A model generated the notes under the pieces. It was not told where the DNA came from. It did no database searches and saw only the letters and a program-made list of their open reading frames with translations. The position numbers were made by a program, and so were the translations under genes. This document shows, one piece after another, positions 1 to 14,451 of a DNA stretch of 64,000 nucleotides (the first letter of the stretch is position 1; every line of letters starts with the position of its first letter). Source of the DNA: the human T2T-CHM13v2.0 reference genome, Homo sapiens. The stretch lies in the NCBI RefSeq assembly GCF_009914755.1, contig NC_060933.1. One strand, written 5' to 3'.

Positions 1-74
1 GTTGGAGCTATTCCTAATCAGGACACCAAGTTTGAGAAAAGGAACATCTACATAGTCCATGTTCAGAAGTTTAT

Positions 75-391
75 TTTATTTTATTTTATTTTATTTTATT
101 TTATTTTATTTTATTTAAGACAGAGTCTCACTCTGTCTTAAAACATGGAAAGGCCTGATCTCGGCTCACTGCAACCTCCGCTTCCTGAGTTCAAGCAATT
201 GTCCTGCTTCAGCCTCCCAAGCAGCTGGGATTACAGGCATGTGCCACCATGCCTGGCTAATTTTTGTATTTTTCATAGAGATGTGGTTTCACCACGTTGT
301 CCAGGCTGGTCTCGAACTCCTGAACTTGTGATCTGCCCGGCTTGGCCTCACAAAGTGCTGGGATTACAGACATGAGCCACTGTACCCGGCC
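75..391 (-). mobile_element. AluS (AluSg-like) with (TTTTA)n tail
   Basis: Antisense Alu body ending ...CCCGGCC at 391; (TTTTA)n tail ~70-116; TSD CAGAAGTTTAT at 64-74 and 392-402. Confidence 0.93.
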
Positions 392-983
392 CAGAAGTTT
401 ATCTTAACAGAGCCATTTAAAGTAATTTTTATTATTATAACACTTAAGAAAGTCCTTGAATGCTGAAAGGGCCATGTGTTTTTCATGTTATGAGGTCCAT
501 GACTGTAACATTTATTATGCTTTTAGAATGTCCTGTCACATCATTAAATTACATCTAAAGGTTTTACAAGACTAGAAATTATTTACATCAGGCTTTAACA
601 GAATCTTCTCAGGGAAAGACAAGAGGTGACATAATAAACTGTCTTCAATATGAGAGATAGGCAACCTCTCCTATAAGAACTTCAAATGACTCTTTTAAAA
701 ATGAACCCCTGTAAAAGAAATTTCTGTCCCTTCTTTTCGGCAGGTCTTGGGTTTTTAAGTCATTTCTTGCTTCATGTTCCCTTCCCTTTGATTACTTCTA
801 CAAGGAATTCAAATGTAATACTGGGAGCCTACTCACTTAGATGACCTGAAGAGCAACTGAGTGTCTCTTTTCTAGAATACAGATATTAATGCTGGAAATA
901 CAAAGCGTTATATTAGGGTCTATTTTGTGGAAAGTCAACTTGTATCAGCCTACCTTCCATTTTAAAATAAAGCAAAAAAAAAA

Positions 984-1225
984 TCACTCATAGGTGGGAA
1001 TTGAACAATGAGAACACATGGACACAGGAAGGGGAACATCACACACCAGGCCTGTTGTGAGGTGGGGGGAGGGGGAGGGATAGCATTTGGAGATATACCT
1101 AATGTTAAATGACGAGTTAATGGGTGCAGCACACCAACATGGCACATGTATACATATGTAACAAACCTTCACATTGTGCACATGTACCTAAAACTTAAAT
1201 TATAATTTAAAAAAAAGAAAAAAAC
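984..1225 (+). mobile_element. L1PA (PA4/5-like) 3' UTR fragment with A-tail
   Basis: TCACTCATAGGTGGGAATTGAACAATGAG...AATGACGAGTTAATGGG (GAG, not the Ta ACA)...AAAACTTAAATTATAAT followed by A-rich tail. Confidence 0.92.
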
Positions 1226-1515
1226 GCTTCCAAACGTACTATTGTTCTTTCCTTTGATTCAAGTACCCTTCATGGTTTCTGCATGGATGCAGCTCAGTTT
1301 TATCTGTTGAATCTCAGATTAAATACTAATTTCTCAAAGAGGCCGTACAAGGCCCCTGAACTAAAGTAGTGTTTATTTCCCCCATTATTCCCCAACCCAA
1401 TTCATTCCTTACATTTTTATTGCATCTGCATCTGCATGAATTACACATTAGGTAATTGAAAGTACTCACAAGAGTCTGCAGGATATACTAATAAAGGCTT
1501 TAATAAAGGTAAACT

Positions 1516-2418
1516 GTGTAGTACAAAGGGATTAAAAAAGCATAGGTAAACATCAAAGGGATTTGACGTGTCCGGGTGCAGTTTCCTGGACCCTTCCCCA
1601 GTTTCTCTGGATGCTCTTGTCTTCAGATTACAAATCAACAGGATCCATGCCAGACCCCTCTGTGTCAAGGCACAAGATCACTGGGGAGTCTTTTATTCTT
1701 TACTGGTCACATAGCTAAAACCAGGCATTTTAACTAGGTAAGCCAGGTACAAACTATCAATCTATTAAATTTTACTAAACAGTGTAGACAAGATGTTATA
1801 GGGTGCCTCCAGAGGAGACTCACACTTAACATAGCACACCATAAATCACTGTTTAGTACACTTACTCCCTATGCTGGCCAAGGGATTCCTATCCTGACCA
1901 GACTTCTAGCCCTCCCTGGAGATAAGAATAGAGGTACTACAAATCAGCTGCAAATTAGTCCATCTTTACCTAACATCAGCCTTTAATTGTTTTACTTTTG
2001 CATCTATTTATATTATTTATTATCCATTATTTGTAGGACCTGGGGCCAGAAAACAAATAGAGGCCCCAAGTAAACTGTCTGACTCATTCTTTTACTACCT
2101 CTAAATATTCCAGCACTAGAGGGAAATTCCAGTGCAGATCTCTGGCCTGTGAATACACTCAGGCATAAGAATGTGAATAGCATTGGGGCTGCAATGTCAG
2201 AGGATTGATCCAGGGAACAAGTAGGTTTAGGGTCATTTGAGCAGGGAACACTGGGGTCCCAGATATCCAAAGCATGATATTGAAATTGTTAACTTCATAT
2301 ACTTGGTCCTGCAATTTCTTCACCCCATGAGGAGGGGCAGAACCCAAGGAGACCCTGGATGTAGCCCTGAAAAACACAAGGATTAAGGTAGGGGCTCAGG
2401 CACTCAGGTGCCTTAACA
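1516..2418. mobile_element. Possible old LTR-like insertion between L2 fragments
   Basis: GC-elevated block bounded by TG...TTAACA with L2-like sequence on both sides; family not recognised. Confidence 0.3.
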
Positions 2419-2469
2419 GTACCGTCTCTCTTCTATTATTATCTCTCCAATATTAGCAGCCTCCATGAC

Positions 2470-2590
2470 AACAGGGACTATGATAATTTTCTGTACTATT
2501 ATGAGCCCAGTTTTCAACATAGTGCATAGTGGGCACCCAATCAGTGTTGAATGGATATATGGGTTAAAGAAAAACGAATGAATGGATGAC
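2470..2590 (+). mobile_element. L2 3' end fragment
   Basis: CATAGTGGGCACCCAATCAGTGTTGAATGG...GAATGAATGGATG resembles the L2 3' terminus. Confidence 0.55.
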
Positions 2591-5500
2591 AGAAGCAAAA
2601 CAATTTCTGAGAATATAAATCTATATTGGAAATGTCATTTTCAGATGTGACATTGGAATATAGAACATGGTAAGGAATAAGAAGATTATAGATTAACATA
2701 TAGACTCCGTTCTTATGAACAAACTGCTACTATTAATAGAGCTATTTATGTTCAAAGATTAAAATAGGGATTCACATCAGCTATATAACTTAAGCTGGTT
2801 GTATAATTTATCTCAGTGACAAAACTAATGAATTAGTGATATAAATGGAATATTAGATATACAAGTTAAAATTTCACTGCATGTTTTATTTAAACATGTG
2901 CAAATAAATGTTTAAAATGTGGTCCTAAATCAGACTGTAAATAAAAATATAAAGCGTAGCAGTCTGTAGGACTAAGGAGGGAAGGTGATTAAATGACCAT
3001 GGGTATTCATCTTGCATGGAAAAGAGGGGAAGCTTGAAATGAGAAGGACAGAGAAAGGCTAACTAAAGGAGAAGTAGAAAGAAACATTTTATCATAGTCT
3101 GGTGTCACCACCATCAATATTTATTGTGCTTGGCTACTCTGTACTTTGCATTAAAGTAGGTGCTATGAGTAACTGTTCTATCAACACTGGTGTTGCTGAA
3201 TCATCTGAAACTGAATTGGGCCCAGGTAACAGAGAATTTGGTTGTCCTAAAAAGTTATTTTAGCTGTTTATAATGAACTGAGAAAAGCGAACACTTCCAG
3301 ACTAGATGCTGTTGCAAAGCCAAAATCTGTTTGCAACAATAATTCAGACATTTCAGGTTAAAAAAATTTAGTAAATATTGTTCCTCTGTATTTTGTCTAT
3401 GTCCATCTCCCTCCCACATTTTATTCTCATGAGGAATTGGTTGTTACCTTTTAAAATCGTATCAGTGAATGAAATTTCAACAACCCCAAATTAAGCTTTC
3501 TCTACTGACATCTTTCTTCCATATTTGTTTATCCTTATCTATCGCAACTTTGTTTTGTGTCTCAGTCCAACTCCCATTTTTGCTATTCCTTAGATATTTT
3601 GCATTCACCTACAGAAAAGGGGAAAAAAGATTCCCTGAAGATATTCATTAGATCTTTATTCATTTTTCAAGTGTTCAACATAAATGTTTTATTCTATTTC
3701 AAATTGTAAATGTCAAGAGCCTGATACACTATCCCTAGTGAAATATAATCAAAGATTTTTTGTTTGTTTCTTTTCTTTTCTTCTCTTTCCTCTATGTGGC
3801 TTTCTTGATTTAGCTCTTTTGCATGAAGGATTCACACCTATACACTGCCCATCCAGTTCCTCAAGTTTCAGCTCACACATTCCTCTCAACACAAAACTCG
3901 TTTTCCTCTTTTACTGCCTTTTACCACACTTACTGTTCATATTTTATTTGTCCATTGAACTTTGATTACCAAGTGACTTCCCTTTTACTTTTGAATTATG
4001 TTTTTTCTTCATTATTGTTCCCATGTGCATTATTGCATTATTTATCTTTCTGTATTATAAATGTAGTTTCACTAATCGGATCATTAGCTACATTTTGTCA
4101 GAAACCTTACCTCCTACTTCTTATTCCTGCATAATGCAGAAAAAGCTGTAAACACAGTAGCAAATCAGAAGTTCTAAATTTTGACATTTCAGTTACCCAC
4201 ACATTTGGATAATGTTTTATATTTTGAAACCTGATTATACATAGTCGAGTTTACTAAATCCCATAACAACCCTTTAGATAATCAGTCACATATTAAGGGT
4301 GACAGAAAAGAATTCTAGAAAGACTGTGTTACACAATAAGGGAAAGGACAAGAAGCAAACCAAAGTCATAAGACTCCAAGGACAGGGACCTTTCTACACT
4401 GTTAGAGAAAACACAGAAACTACATGTTCTGATATTAGGGTTGAACATGTAAATACCAACACTGCAGTAATGATGTTTAGCCAGCAATTCACAGATGAGC
4501 ACCCTGTGAGCAGATGAAAATAGCATAGCTAGAGACGGGGCAGCATCTGTGTCATTATTACATACTCACTTTGCAAGGTACACTGCATCTGTGCTGGCTT
4601 TAAGGTGGTTTTATTAATACACTAGGTGATAGATATATAAAGCATAAAATTCATAAAATGCAAAAAAAAAGAAAAGTCACACCAGTGGAAAAAAACCGAA
4701 AACCTCTATGTACACGGTTTATATATCCACCCAAATGTTTACTTATTCTCTTCTATGCATCTCCTCTAAATAGCTATGAAGATGGATATGCTTATTACAA
4801 GAAAGACTGTAGGTATATTTGGATATGGGAAAGTACAGTGGCCACATAAAAACTGCATGATTTATAAAAATAGAAAACTTATTTTTCACCGATGCATGTT
4901 GTAGGATTGAATGGTCATCACTGTTTTCTCTCTCCTTGATAGAGGCTGGTGCTGCTCTCCTCATTTAACAGATAATAAAATTACGATGTCTCAGGTGATA
5001 AACAAAACTAATGGCACAAGTAGAAAGGAGTTTGGACCATTTAACTGCCAGTTGACCAATTTTACTATAAAATAAAATTCCACTTTGGAGGATAGCATCC
5101 TGACTCAAAAGCATTTGTATGAGTTGATATCTCTCTTTTATGCAAGTATGATTGGTGTCAGGTCAAGCAAATAAACAGTCAAAACATACTGTTGTTTCTT
5201 CTGACTTTATTGAAAAAAGTTATTTTGCTAATAAAGATTTTCTTATTTTTCCATAATTCCAAGGTTATGCACTTGAATAAAGGAAATGCATTTGTTTGAT
5301 TGCCCTTAAAATATTCAAGGTTTAAACCCTCTCGTGGAAAACACTTGCCATTTGAATCTACAGACAGTTCTCTTTAAAGATGTCCTTGATTAAAGATAAC
5401 ACATAATGATAAATGGATGTTAAGTTTCTGGTGAATGTTTCATTGACTTTGTATTGCTATTACGTTAATGCCAGCAATCATGTTAAGGTTCTGCCTGATT

Positions 5501-5962
5501 ATCCATCAAAATGCTGTATACCACTTCTTCATTGCTAAGGCCCCAGAACCATTCTTTACTAGGTTCATTACATCCTTTTCTATTCCTTGTTTGGCTTATC
5601 TCTAAGTTTTAAACTTGTTTATTGTATACGTCTCCTAGTACATCCATTTGCTTGTTTTATTCTATAAATTTCTATCATCCAATTGACTCTAGCTTCATAT
5701 CCCTATACTCTATTTCTCATTCTGCCTTTGGTGTCATGTAAATGCTACTTATAAAAATCAAAGCAGAGGTTCAATGTCTTAGCAGAACTAAGCTCGTAAA
5801 GCTCTGGTATGCTCACTAGATAAATTTTAAGTTGAGACACATACATAAAATTAAGTTAAGGCACATACGTAAAATTAATAATATACAGAAAAGCAAGCAA
5901 AGAAAAAACCAAATACACGAGTGATTAAATTAAAACTGGTAATATATTTGGTAAATGGTATG

Positions 5963-5964
<2 letters not shown>

Positions 5965-6003
<39 letters not shown>

Positions 6004-6014
6004 GACACACATAT
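5965..6014. repeat. (TA)n(CA)n microsatellite
   Basis: Direct reading. Confidence 0.95.
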
Positions 6015-6219
6015 ATTCATATTTCTTTACATATATCTATATATCTTTAAATCTATGTAGACAGCATACTTTTGCTATAGTTTTATTTTCTTTCGTACCT
6101 AGGAATTTTCATATATAACATTATGTACACTATTTTGAATTTTCTTTTTTATTTGGCTATTTATCACAAACATTATTCCATTTCAATAAGCATTGGCAAT
6201 GTCATATATGCCATCGTCT

Positions 6220-6635
6220 TACTGGCCTCTTTTTAATTCCTCAAACATCCCAGGCATATCTATTCTCAGACATTTGAACTTGCTGTTTCCTCAGCCTTTG
6301 CTTCTATTTCCCACAAATAGTATCATCCCTTGGTCTCTTGCTTCATTCAGTTCTCTCGCAAATGTTGCCCTTCAGAGAGGCCTTCCTGGAGAACCTGGTA
6401 TGCTATCCATTCTTACTGCATCCTTTATCACAACAACTGTATACTCCCTGACATTATATATTATTTATATCATGTAATAAATTTCTATTGCTTTATTTTT
6501 TATCTCCCCACCAGAATGTAGGCTATACAAAGGCACGGGATTTGCATGTTTTGTTTACTACTCTCTCCTCAATGTTTAAAAAGTTTATAGCACATGCTAG
6601 AAAATCAATTTTAAAAGTCAATGGTTGCATGAATA
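6220..6635 (+). mobile_element. L2 3' region
   Basis: TTCCTCAAACATCCCAGGC, TCAGAGAGGCCTTCCT and CTCCCCACCAGAATGTAGGCT are L2a-like motifs. Confidence 0.7.
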
Positions 6636-7409
6636 TTATCCCAATGCACGACTCCAATAATAATTCATATTAATAATCCGATAATTTAGTTTTTTGTAAA
6701 ACTTCCCAGATTGTCTTCTAATGGAAGGTGGAATAAATTCCAACATCAAATCCAATTAGCAGCCAATCTCCCCACCTTAACAGTGCTCATCTATGATGGT
6801 AATTAAAAAGGGTAAGCACATCTATCCCAGTGAAATTTCAGGAGGTTTTCATTTTGTAGTTACCTAGTTTATTGTTCCTAGATAACTTCCTAGAGGGTAG
6901 ACTGTAAATTTATCTCTCAACTACAATGATAGTTGTAGTTATTTTTTGTTGGTTGCTAGGCTCAATTCCAGTCTTCATATACGTGTTTTATTATGTGTTA
7001 TTCTTCCAATATTTTGCAAGGACCTTAAAGACAGGTATTATGGGATTTTAAAAAATGTCCTTACATGTTTTTGTTGATTTTTTTTCTAAAAATCTCATAA
7101 GGTAATATAAAATCCTCAACAATTATTTAGTCATTTATTTGTTGCTTGCTAATTACCCCAGCTGTGGATTCTAATGACCAAGTAAGCACAAAAACAACAG
7201 AAGTTAGAAGATAGGGTATTTCAGCGGAGGACTTCAGGGAAGTTTATGTTGATTAGTAACAATTATCTTGCTAATATATATTTCTTCTTATGCTGAACTA
7301 TGTTATTCGACTCAGCAGAAAATTTTTATCTATTATTCATAATAATGTGCATTAACAAATTTTTATCCCTTTAGGCATGAGGCAGGATTCTTGTAACTAC
7401 AAACATGAG

Positions 7410-7665
7410 GAGTGAGGCTGTATGTTACTCACTAAGTTTCTGGAGGCAAACTCATTGGGTTCAGAGTCCACATTTCTGTATGACTATTATTCAGAAATAA
7501 TAATCTTATTGATTTATGACCTTGAACAACCTAACCAAACACTAGTCTATGTCAGTTGCCTCATCTATAAAATGAGAGTATTTACATTTCTTATAGGATT
7601 GTTAAGAAGACTTAAAATGAATAAAGTATTTATAATAAAATGATTTGGAATAAAGTGCTTAGGAT
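7410..7665 (+). mobile_element. MIR
   Basis: Core TCAGTTGCCTCATCTATAAAATGAG...TAGGATTGTTAAGAAGACTTAAAATGA. Confidence 0.75.
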
Positions 7666-8404
7666 ACAAGTACTTAGAACTAAGTACTTAGGATAAAATA
7701 TATAAAATACTATGCTTGAAATAGTGTTTGCTATTATATGTTAAAAAGTAAATGTCAGTGATTATTTAAGTTGACAGGAAACATGTTTGCATTCTCAAAA
7801 TAAGTTTAACAGTAACAAATGTTATTTGCAATATGTATATAGATTTTTTAAATGAGGACTTCGAGAATATCTGTGAATCATCCCACCATTATTGTATCTC
7901 ATTTATGAAACAGAATCAGTGAAAAGCCCAGAGAAAAAGAAGGTGAATCCATGTAAAAGCTGAAAGAAAAAAGGGAGAGAAATATAGTAAGAACCAAGTG
8001 AATAGGGGCTAGATAAATAAAATCTTACAGAGGGAGGGTTAGGCTATTTGGCAAAAAGAAGCTTAAGAGAGTGTTGAAGAGAAACTAGGTAAAGATAACT
8101 GGGAAAATGAACCATGAAATTCAGGAGGTATTGCTAGAATTCTGATTTAGATTCCTTTTAACATACTTCAGGAGATAGGAGTAAATTATAAAAGTTGTTC
8201 TCACCCTACCTGTTGTTTTGCACAACACTCTAATCTAGGAAAAAACCAAGTAAGTCTAAAATATCAATAGAGTTTCCCTAAATTATTTATAATTGTTGAG
8301 CTGTCACTACATGCCATATAGGTGAGATAGTAGATAAGCAACAATGTGCGTGGACTGCAATAGCACTTCACGCCTTGCTCCAATCCAAGAGCGTAAAAAA
8401 ACTA

Positions 8405-8956
8405 GATAATGGCAAGACATATTATAAAGCTACAGTAATCAAGATAATATGGTATTGGTAAAAAATAGACAGATCAATGGAACAGAAAAGAAAGCCCAGA
8501 AACATACCCATATAAATATTGTCAAATAATTTTTGACAAAGGAGCAAAGGCACTACAATATAGAGAAGACAGTCTTTTCAACACAGGTTGTTGGAACTAC
8601 TGGACATCTACATGCATAGAAAATGAATATAGATACAGATTTTAGATCCATCACAAAAAAATTAAGTCAATATGGGTCATAAACCTAAATGTAAAATGCT
8701 AAACAATAAGACTCCTAGAAGATGACATAAAAGAAAATCTGTAGAACCACGGCTTTGTTAAGTACTTTTTGGATGCTACACCAAAGGCACCATACATGAA
8801 AGGAGTGATTGATAATCTGGATTTGATTAAAATTAAAAACATTTGTTCTGTAAATGGCATCATGAAAAGAATAAAAAGACAAGCTGCAGAGTGGGAAAAA
8901 TAATTGCAAAACACATATCAGATAAGTGACTATTATCTAAAATATACAAAGAACTA
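8405..8956 (+). mobile_element. Old L1M (L1MB/MC-like) ORF2 3' fragment
   Basis: TATAAAGCTACAGTAATCAAGA, GATCAATGGAACAGAA, TTTGACAAAGGAGCAAAGG. Confidence 0.85.
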
Positions 8957-10513
8957 GAGCTAGAAGAGGTCAGTTAATGTTGTTTAAGGAAAGAAGCTAC
9001 CTCCATAACATAAAAGTACAAAGTGAAGTAGCAAGTGCTGATGGAGAAGCTACAGAAAGTTATTCAGAAGACCTAGCTAAGATCATTGACGGAAGTGGCA
9101 GCACTAAAAAACACATTTCCAATGTAGATGAAACAGCCTTATATTGGAAGAAGATACCATCTAGGACTTTCATATCCAGAAAGTCAATGCCTGCCTTCAA
9201 AGCTTCAAAGGAAAGGCTGACCCTCTTGTCAGGGTCTAATGCAGTGGTGATGCTAATTTGAAGCCAAAGCTTATTTGCCATTCTAAAAATTTTAGCGCCT
9301 TTAAGAATTATGCTGAATCTACTCTCCCTGTGCTCTCTAAGCCTGGATGACAGCACATCTGTTTACAGTGGTTTACTGAATATATTAAATCCATTGTTGA
9401 GACCTGCTCAGAAAAATAATATTTCTGCATCTCATCAACAATATACTTGGTTATCCAAGAGCTCTGATAGAGATGTACAAGGAGGTGAATGCTGTTTTCA
9501 TGCCTGCTAACACAGCGTCCCTTCTGTAGCTCACAGATCAAGGAGTAATTTTTGATTTTCAAGTCTTATTATTTGAGAAAAAATTTGTAAGGCTATATAG
9601 CTGCCATAGATAGTGATTCCTCTGATGGATCTAGGCAAAGTAAGTTTAAAACCTCTGGAAAGAGTTTAGCATTCCACATGGCATTAAAAACATCCATGAT
9701 TATAAGAGGAGGTCAAAATATCAACATTAACATATATTTGGAAGAAGTTTATTCCAACCCCTATGGATGACCTTGAAGGGTTCAAAAGTTCAGTGGAGGA
9801 AGTTATTGAAGATATGGTAGAAATAGCAAGAGATCTAGAATTAGAAGTGAAGCCTGAAGCTGTGACTAAATTGCTGCAATCTCATTATAAACTTGAACAG
9901 CTGAGGAGTTGCCTCATGAATGAGTAAAGAAAGTGGTTTCTTGAGATGGAAACTACTCCTGGAAAAGATGATGTGAACATTACTGAAACATCAATAAAAG
10001 ATTTAGAATATTACATAAATTTGGTTATTAAAGCCTTGTCAGGATTTGAGAGGATTGTCTCCAATTTTGAAAGAAGTTCTATTGTGAGTAAAGTGCTATC
10101 AAATATCATTGCATGCTATAGAGAAATCCTTCATGAAGGGAACAGTCGATTGATGCAGGAAACTTCATTGTTCTCTTATTTTAAGAAATTGCCACAGTCA
10201 TCCTAACCTTCAGCAACCACCACCCTGATCAGTCAGCAGCCATCAGCATGGAGCCAAAACTCTCCACCAGCAAAAGGATTATGACTCACTGAAGGCTCAG
10301 CTGATCATTAGCATTTTTTAGCAGTAAAATCTTTTTAATCAAGGTATACATTGTATTTTAGACATAGTGCTATTGAACATTTAATAGACTACAGTATAGT
10401 GTAAATATTACTTTTATATGCACTGGGAAAACATTGTTACTCGCTTTATTGCAATATTCACTTTATTGTGGGTGTTTTGGAATAGAAACAACAACAGAAC
10501 CGAGGTATGCCTG
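8957..10513 (+). mobile_element. Tigger1 DNA transposon lacking its left end (pogo transposase remnants)
   Basis: ORF 8977-9261 encodes [39 protein letters not shown]; right TIR CCGAGGTATGCCTG followed by TA at 10514. Confidence 0.93.
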
Positions 10514-10639
10514 TATTTATACTTTTGAATATAGAGTTCTTGCACATATTTAGCAAGATTTATTTCTGAGTATTTAAATAATTACTGTCTCAACAAATGA
10601 AGAAAAATTCCAAATTGGTTTAATAGTGAAAATTGTAAG

Positions 10640-11900
10640 CTAGTTCTGGGGATTCTCAAGGTGTGGACCCTGCTTCTTCTGAGGGCAGTCTGCCTCATAA
10701 CATGCCAACATAACTTATTGTTGGCATATAAGCAGATTCCAGTCTCCTTCAGTCAAAAGACAGAAAAAGCAGAAGACCATGCCTGGTAGCCCAGTATTTA
10801 ATTATAAGAGTAGCAGAGCTCAAGAGTAGGTTAAAATCTCAATGCAGCCAGGTCTGCTATGCTGAGATTAAAGCTATGATTAGTAAAGAAAAGTACTCTG
10901 GGATGTGAAATGGGGACATTTGGAATACACTTGAAAATATTGAAGCCCCAGAATCCCCTTAACTGTCTGGATGCACAGAAGTGGCATACTCCTTCTTTTG
11001 AGAGACTAGTGCTCCATTGTTGCTTGAAGTCAATGGAAAGTCCTCTGGCTTGTAAGACAAAATACCTGTTCTCATGATTTGTCCCCACCTGCCCTCCTGG
11101 TCACCAGATCTATAACCATTTCACAACAAAACTGAGCTAAGAAAATGTTGGCTTTCTAAGGGAAAGGGGGAAGGGCTTATACCTTATATGGAGCTGCAGG
11201 ATCTAGCTTAAATTCACTGTCATGAACTAAGACATGTACAATTAAACTGGATACTGAGGGTGCTGGATCAAGGGAATGGAATGTAATGCATATTACAGCA
11301 AAGACTGCAAGAGACAGTGCTAATACTTTGCAAGGATAGCCCATAGGAAACTTGGAGCAAGAGATGGTCCACATTAAGTGACTTATAAATTCTGAAATTG
11401 TTATAGTAGATGGGGAAGAAAGAAAGAAGCAGACCAAAAAGTTGGGTTTGCAAAACTAGACAATATTATATAAAGCCAGAACATCCACAAACTGACAAAA
11501 ATGGATACTTTTTATTAGAGAAATGAGAAATGTACTAATAGTGGGGAATAGTAGTTATTGAAAAGCTTAGTGGTAGCTCTCCTCCACAGGCCAGCAATCA
11601 CAGCAGGCGATACCATTTCAGAATTAGGTTCATTGACAGCAAGGGTATGATGGAATAATTATAGAAGTCAGATGGCAGATCTTAATTCTAGAAACAAGAT
11701 TTGTGAAATTAATATAAGTGGCAAAGTTAGAGTGGCAGACAAAGAGACATGTCTCCACCCAGATATGAAGATGGTTAATTAAAAAATTGTGTTAATAGGG
11801 ACAAAATGCCTGGAGAGGCAATATGAGTATCAAACCATAGCAACTAAGACAAATCAAGGATGGATTATTAGAGGCCAAAGGAAGCCACCACAATAAAAGC
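10640..11900 (+). mobile_element. ERVL/MaLR internal, gag-like remnant
   Basis: GGGATGTGAAATGGGGACATTTGG and TGGATACTGAGGGTGCTGGATCAAGG (WILRVLDQG) resemble ERVL gag motifs; frames are disrupted. Confidence 0.65.
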
Positions 11901-13290
11901 CATAATCAACCTTCAATAAATTGTGGGTGAAGTATGAAATAGAGGTTGAGGTCTTGTTTTTCATATTAATTTCCCTGCCTAACTTTCCATTCTCATTTTT
12001 TCCCATTTTTTCTTTCCAGCACAAAGAATTGAAAATACTGTTATGCCTCCATTAAATTATGATGCCACCATTACAAAAAATCCATTGACCATATATGTAT
12101 AGATCTATTTCTAGGTTTTCTATTCTGTTCCATTTATTTATATGTCTATTCTTATATTGCACTGTCCTGATTTTTGTAGTTTAAGTCTTGCAATGTTATA
12201 ATTTTAAAATTTTTTTACTATTAAAAATTAATTTTAAAAATAAATTTTAGCATCATCAACAATTTTGACAAATAAATATTTTATCAGGTTTGCACTGACT
12301 CTATAACTCAATTGTCAAAACTGACATTTTGACATTTTGACAATACTTGATCTGCCAATCCACAAAAAATGGGACACATTTTACAAATTTCTCTCAAAAA
12401 TGTCTTGTCATTTTCAGTACTCAAGTCTTATACTTTTAAAATTAAGTTTATTCTTAGGAACTTATTATTTGGGAGCTTTTGTAAGCAATATTTAATTTGG
12501 CAATTTAAGTTTTTAGTATAGAGAAATGTAATGGATTTTGTGTAATGCTCTTGGTTCTTGTGCCTTTTAAAAATTTCCTTACTAATTTTATTATTTGTTT
12601 TGGAGAGTTCTTAGGATATTCTACAAAGACCGTCATATCTTCTGCGAATAGAGACAATACTGATTTCTATTATTTCTATTCTTTTCCTAGGCTTATCGCA
12701 TTAATTGGAGAATCCAGGACATTATCAAATAAAGGTAAGGAGAGTGAACAGCTTTGACTTGTTCCTCAGTCTCAGAAGGAAAGCGGTAAGTCTGATATTA
12801 GCTGTGGATATTTTGTAGACGTCCTTTATCAGGTTGAAAAAGTTCCCTCTATTACTGGTTTGTTGAAATTTTTATCGTGAATGAGTGTTTAATTTTATCA
12901 AATGCTTTTTCTATATATAGAGAGATGATTTATGTTTTTTCTTTCATAGTTTTTTAATACAGTGAATTATATTGATTAGTTTTAAAATGGATTTTTTATT
13001 ATTTTAAAGTTCTAAACTACATTTATTGATATATCTTAAATTTATTTTATTATAAAATTTAACATTTCATTTAAATGTAAACTTGCATTTCTGGCCCTTT
13101 ATTGGTCCTAATGCATTACGCTTTTTAGTATTGCTGGATTCAATAGTGCCATATTTTCAAATATTTTGTAACTGTTTTCATAAAAGATATTAATCTGCAA
13201 TTATCTTTTCTCATAATATCTTTGTTAGATTTTGGTATCAGAATAATGCTGGCCTCATTGAATAATCTGGAAAGCCATCCCTCCTTTTCT

Positions 13291-13659
<369 letters not shown>

Positions 13660-14451
13660 ATCACTCCTTTTCTACTTTCTGAAAGTGTTTGTATGACTTT
13701 ATTTCTTCAGTGTTTGAGAGATTCACCAGTGAAGCCATCTGGACCTAGAGTTCTCTTCATAGGAACAGTTTTGATTACTAATTTAATTACTTAATAGATT
13801 TAGAAAAATTCATAATGTTTATTTTGTGTGTGTGTGAGCTGTGGTAGTTTGTGTCACGAAATAATTTATCCATTTCATCTCAACTGTCAAATTTATTTGC
13901 ATCAAGTTTTTCACAATATCTTATTATCCTTTTATTATCTATAAAATATTCAGTGATATCACATCTCTTATTTCTGACATTCATCCATTGCTTTCTTTCT
14001 CTTTTTTTCCATTAATCTCACCAGGAATTTATCAAGTTTATTAGTCTTTTACAGATTCAGCTTCTGATTCTATTAGTTATCCCTATTTTATTTTTCTCAT
14101 TAATTAATATTTGTTCTCATCTTTAATATTTATATTTATCTACATAACTTGGATTTAATTTGTTTTTTAAAAAAAATTTTCTATGATGGAAGCTTAAATA
14201 ATTGATTTTAAATTGTTTTTAATCAATTTAAATTGATTTTAAATTTAACTTGATTTTAAATTGTTCTTCTTTGCTAATATCATTTACTGATACAAATTTT
14301 CCTCAAAGCACCACTTTAACATCATTCTACTAGTTTTTATAAGTTGTTTTTATTTTATTGTGGTTTGAAATATTTTTCTCACTTTTCTTATGACTTCTTC
14401 TTTGATGCATAGATTACTTAATGTGTCTGAAATTTGCAAATATTTAAGAAA

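Noticed and set aside
7653-7697. Three AAGTRCTTAG repeats resembling a spaced array
   Set aside because: Local slippage at a MIR 3' end; no unique spacers, and CRISPR is not expected in human DNA
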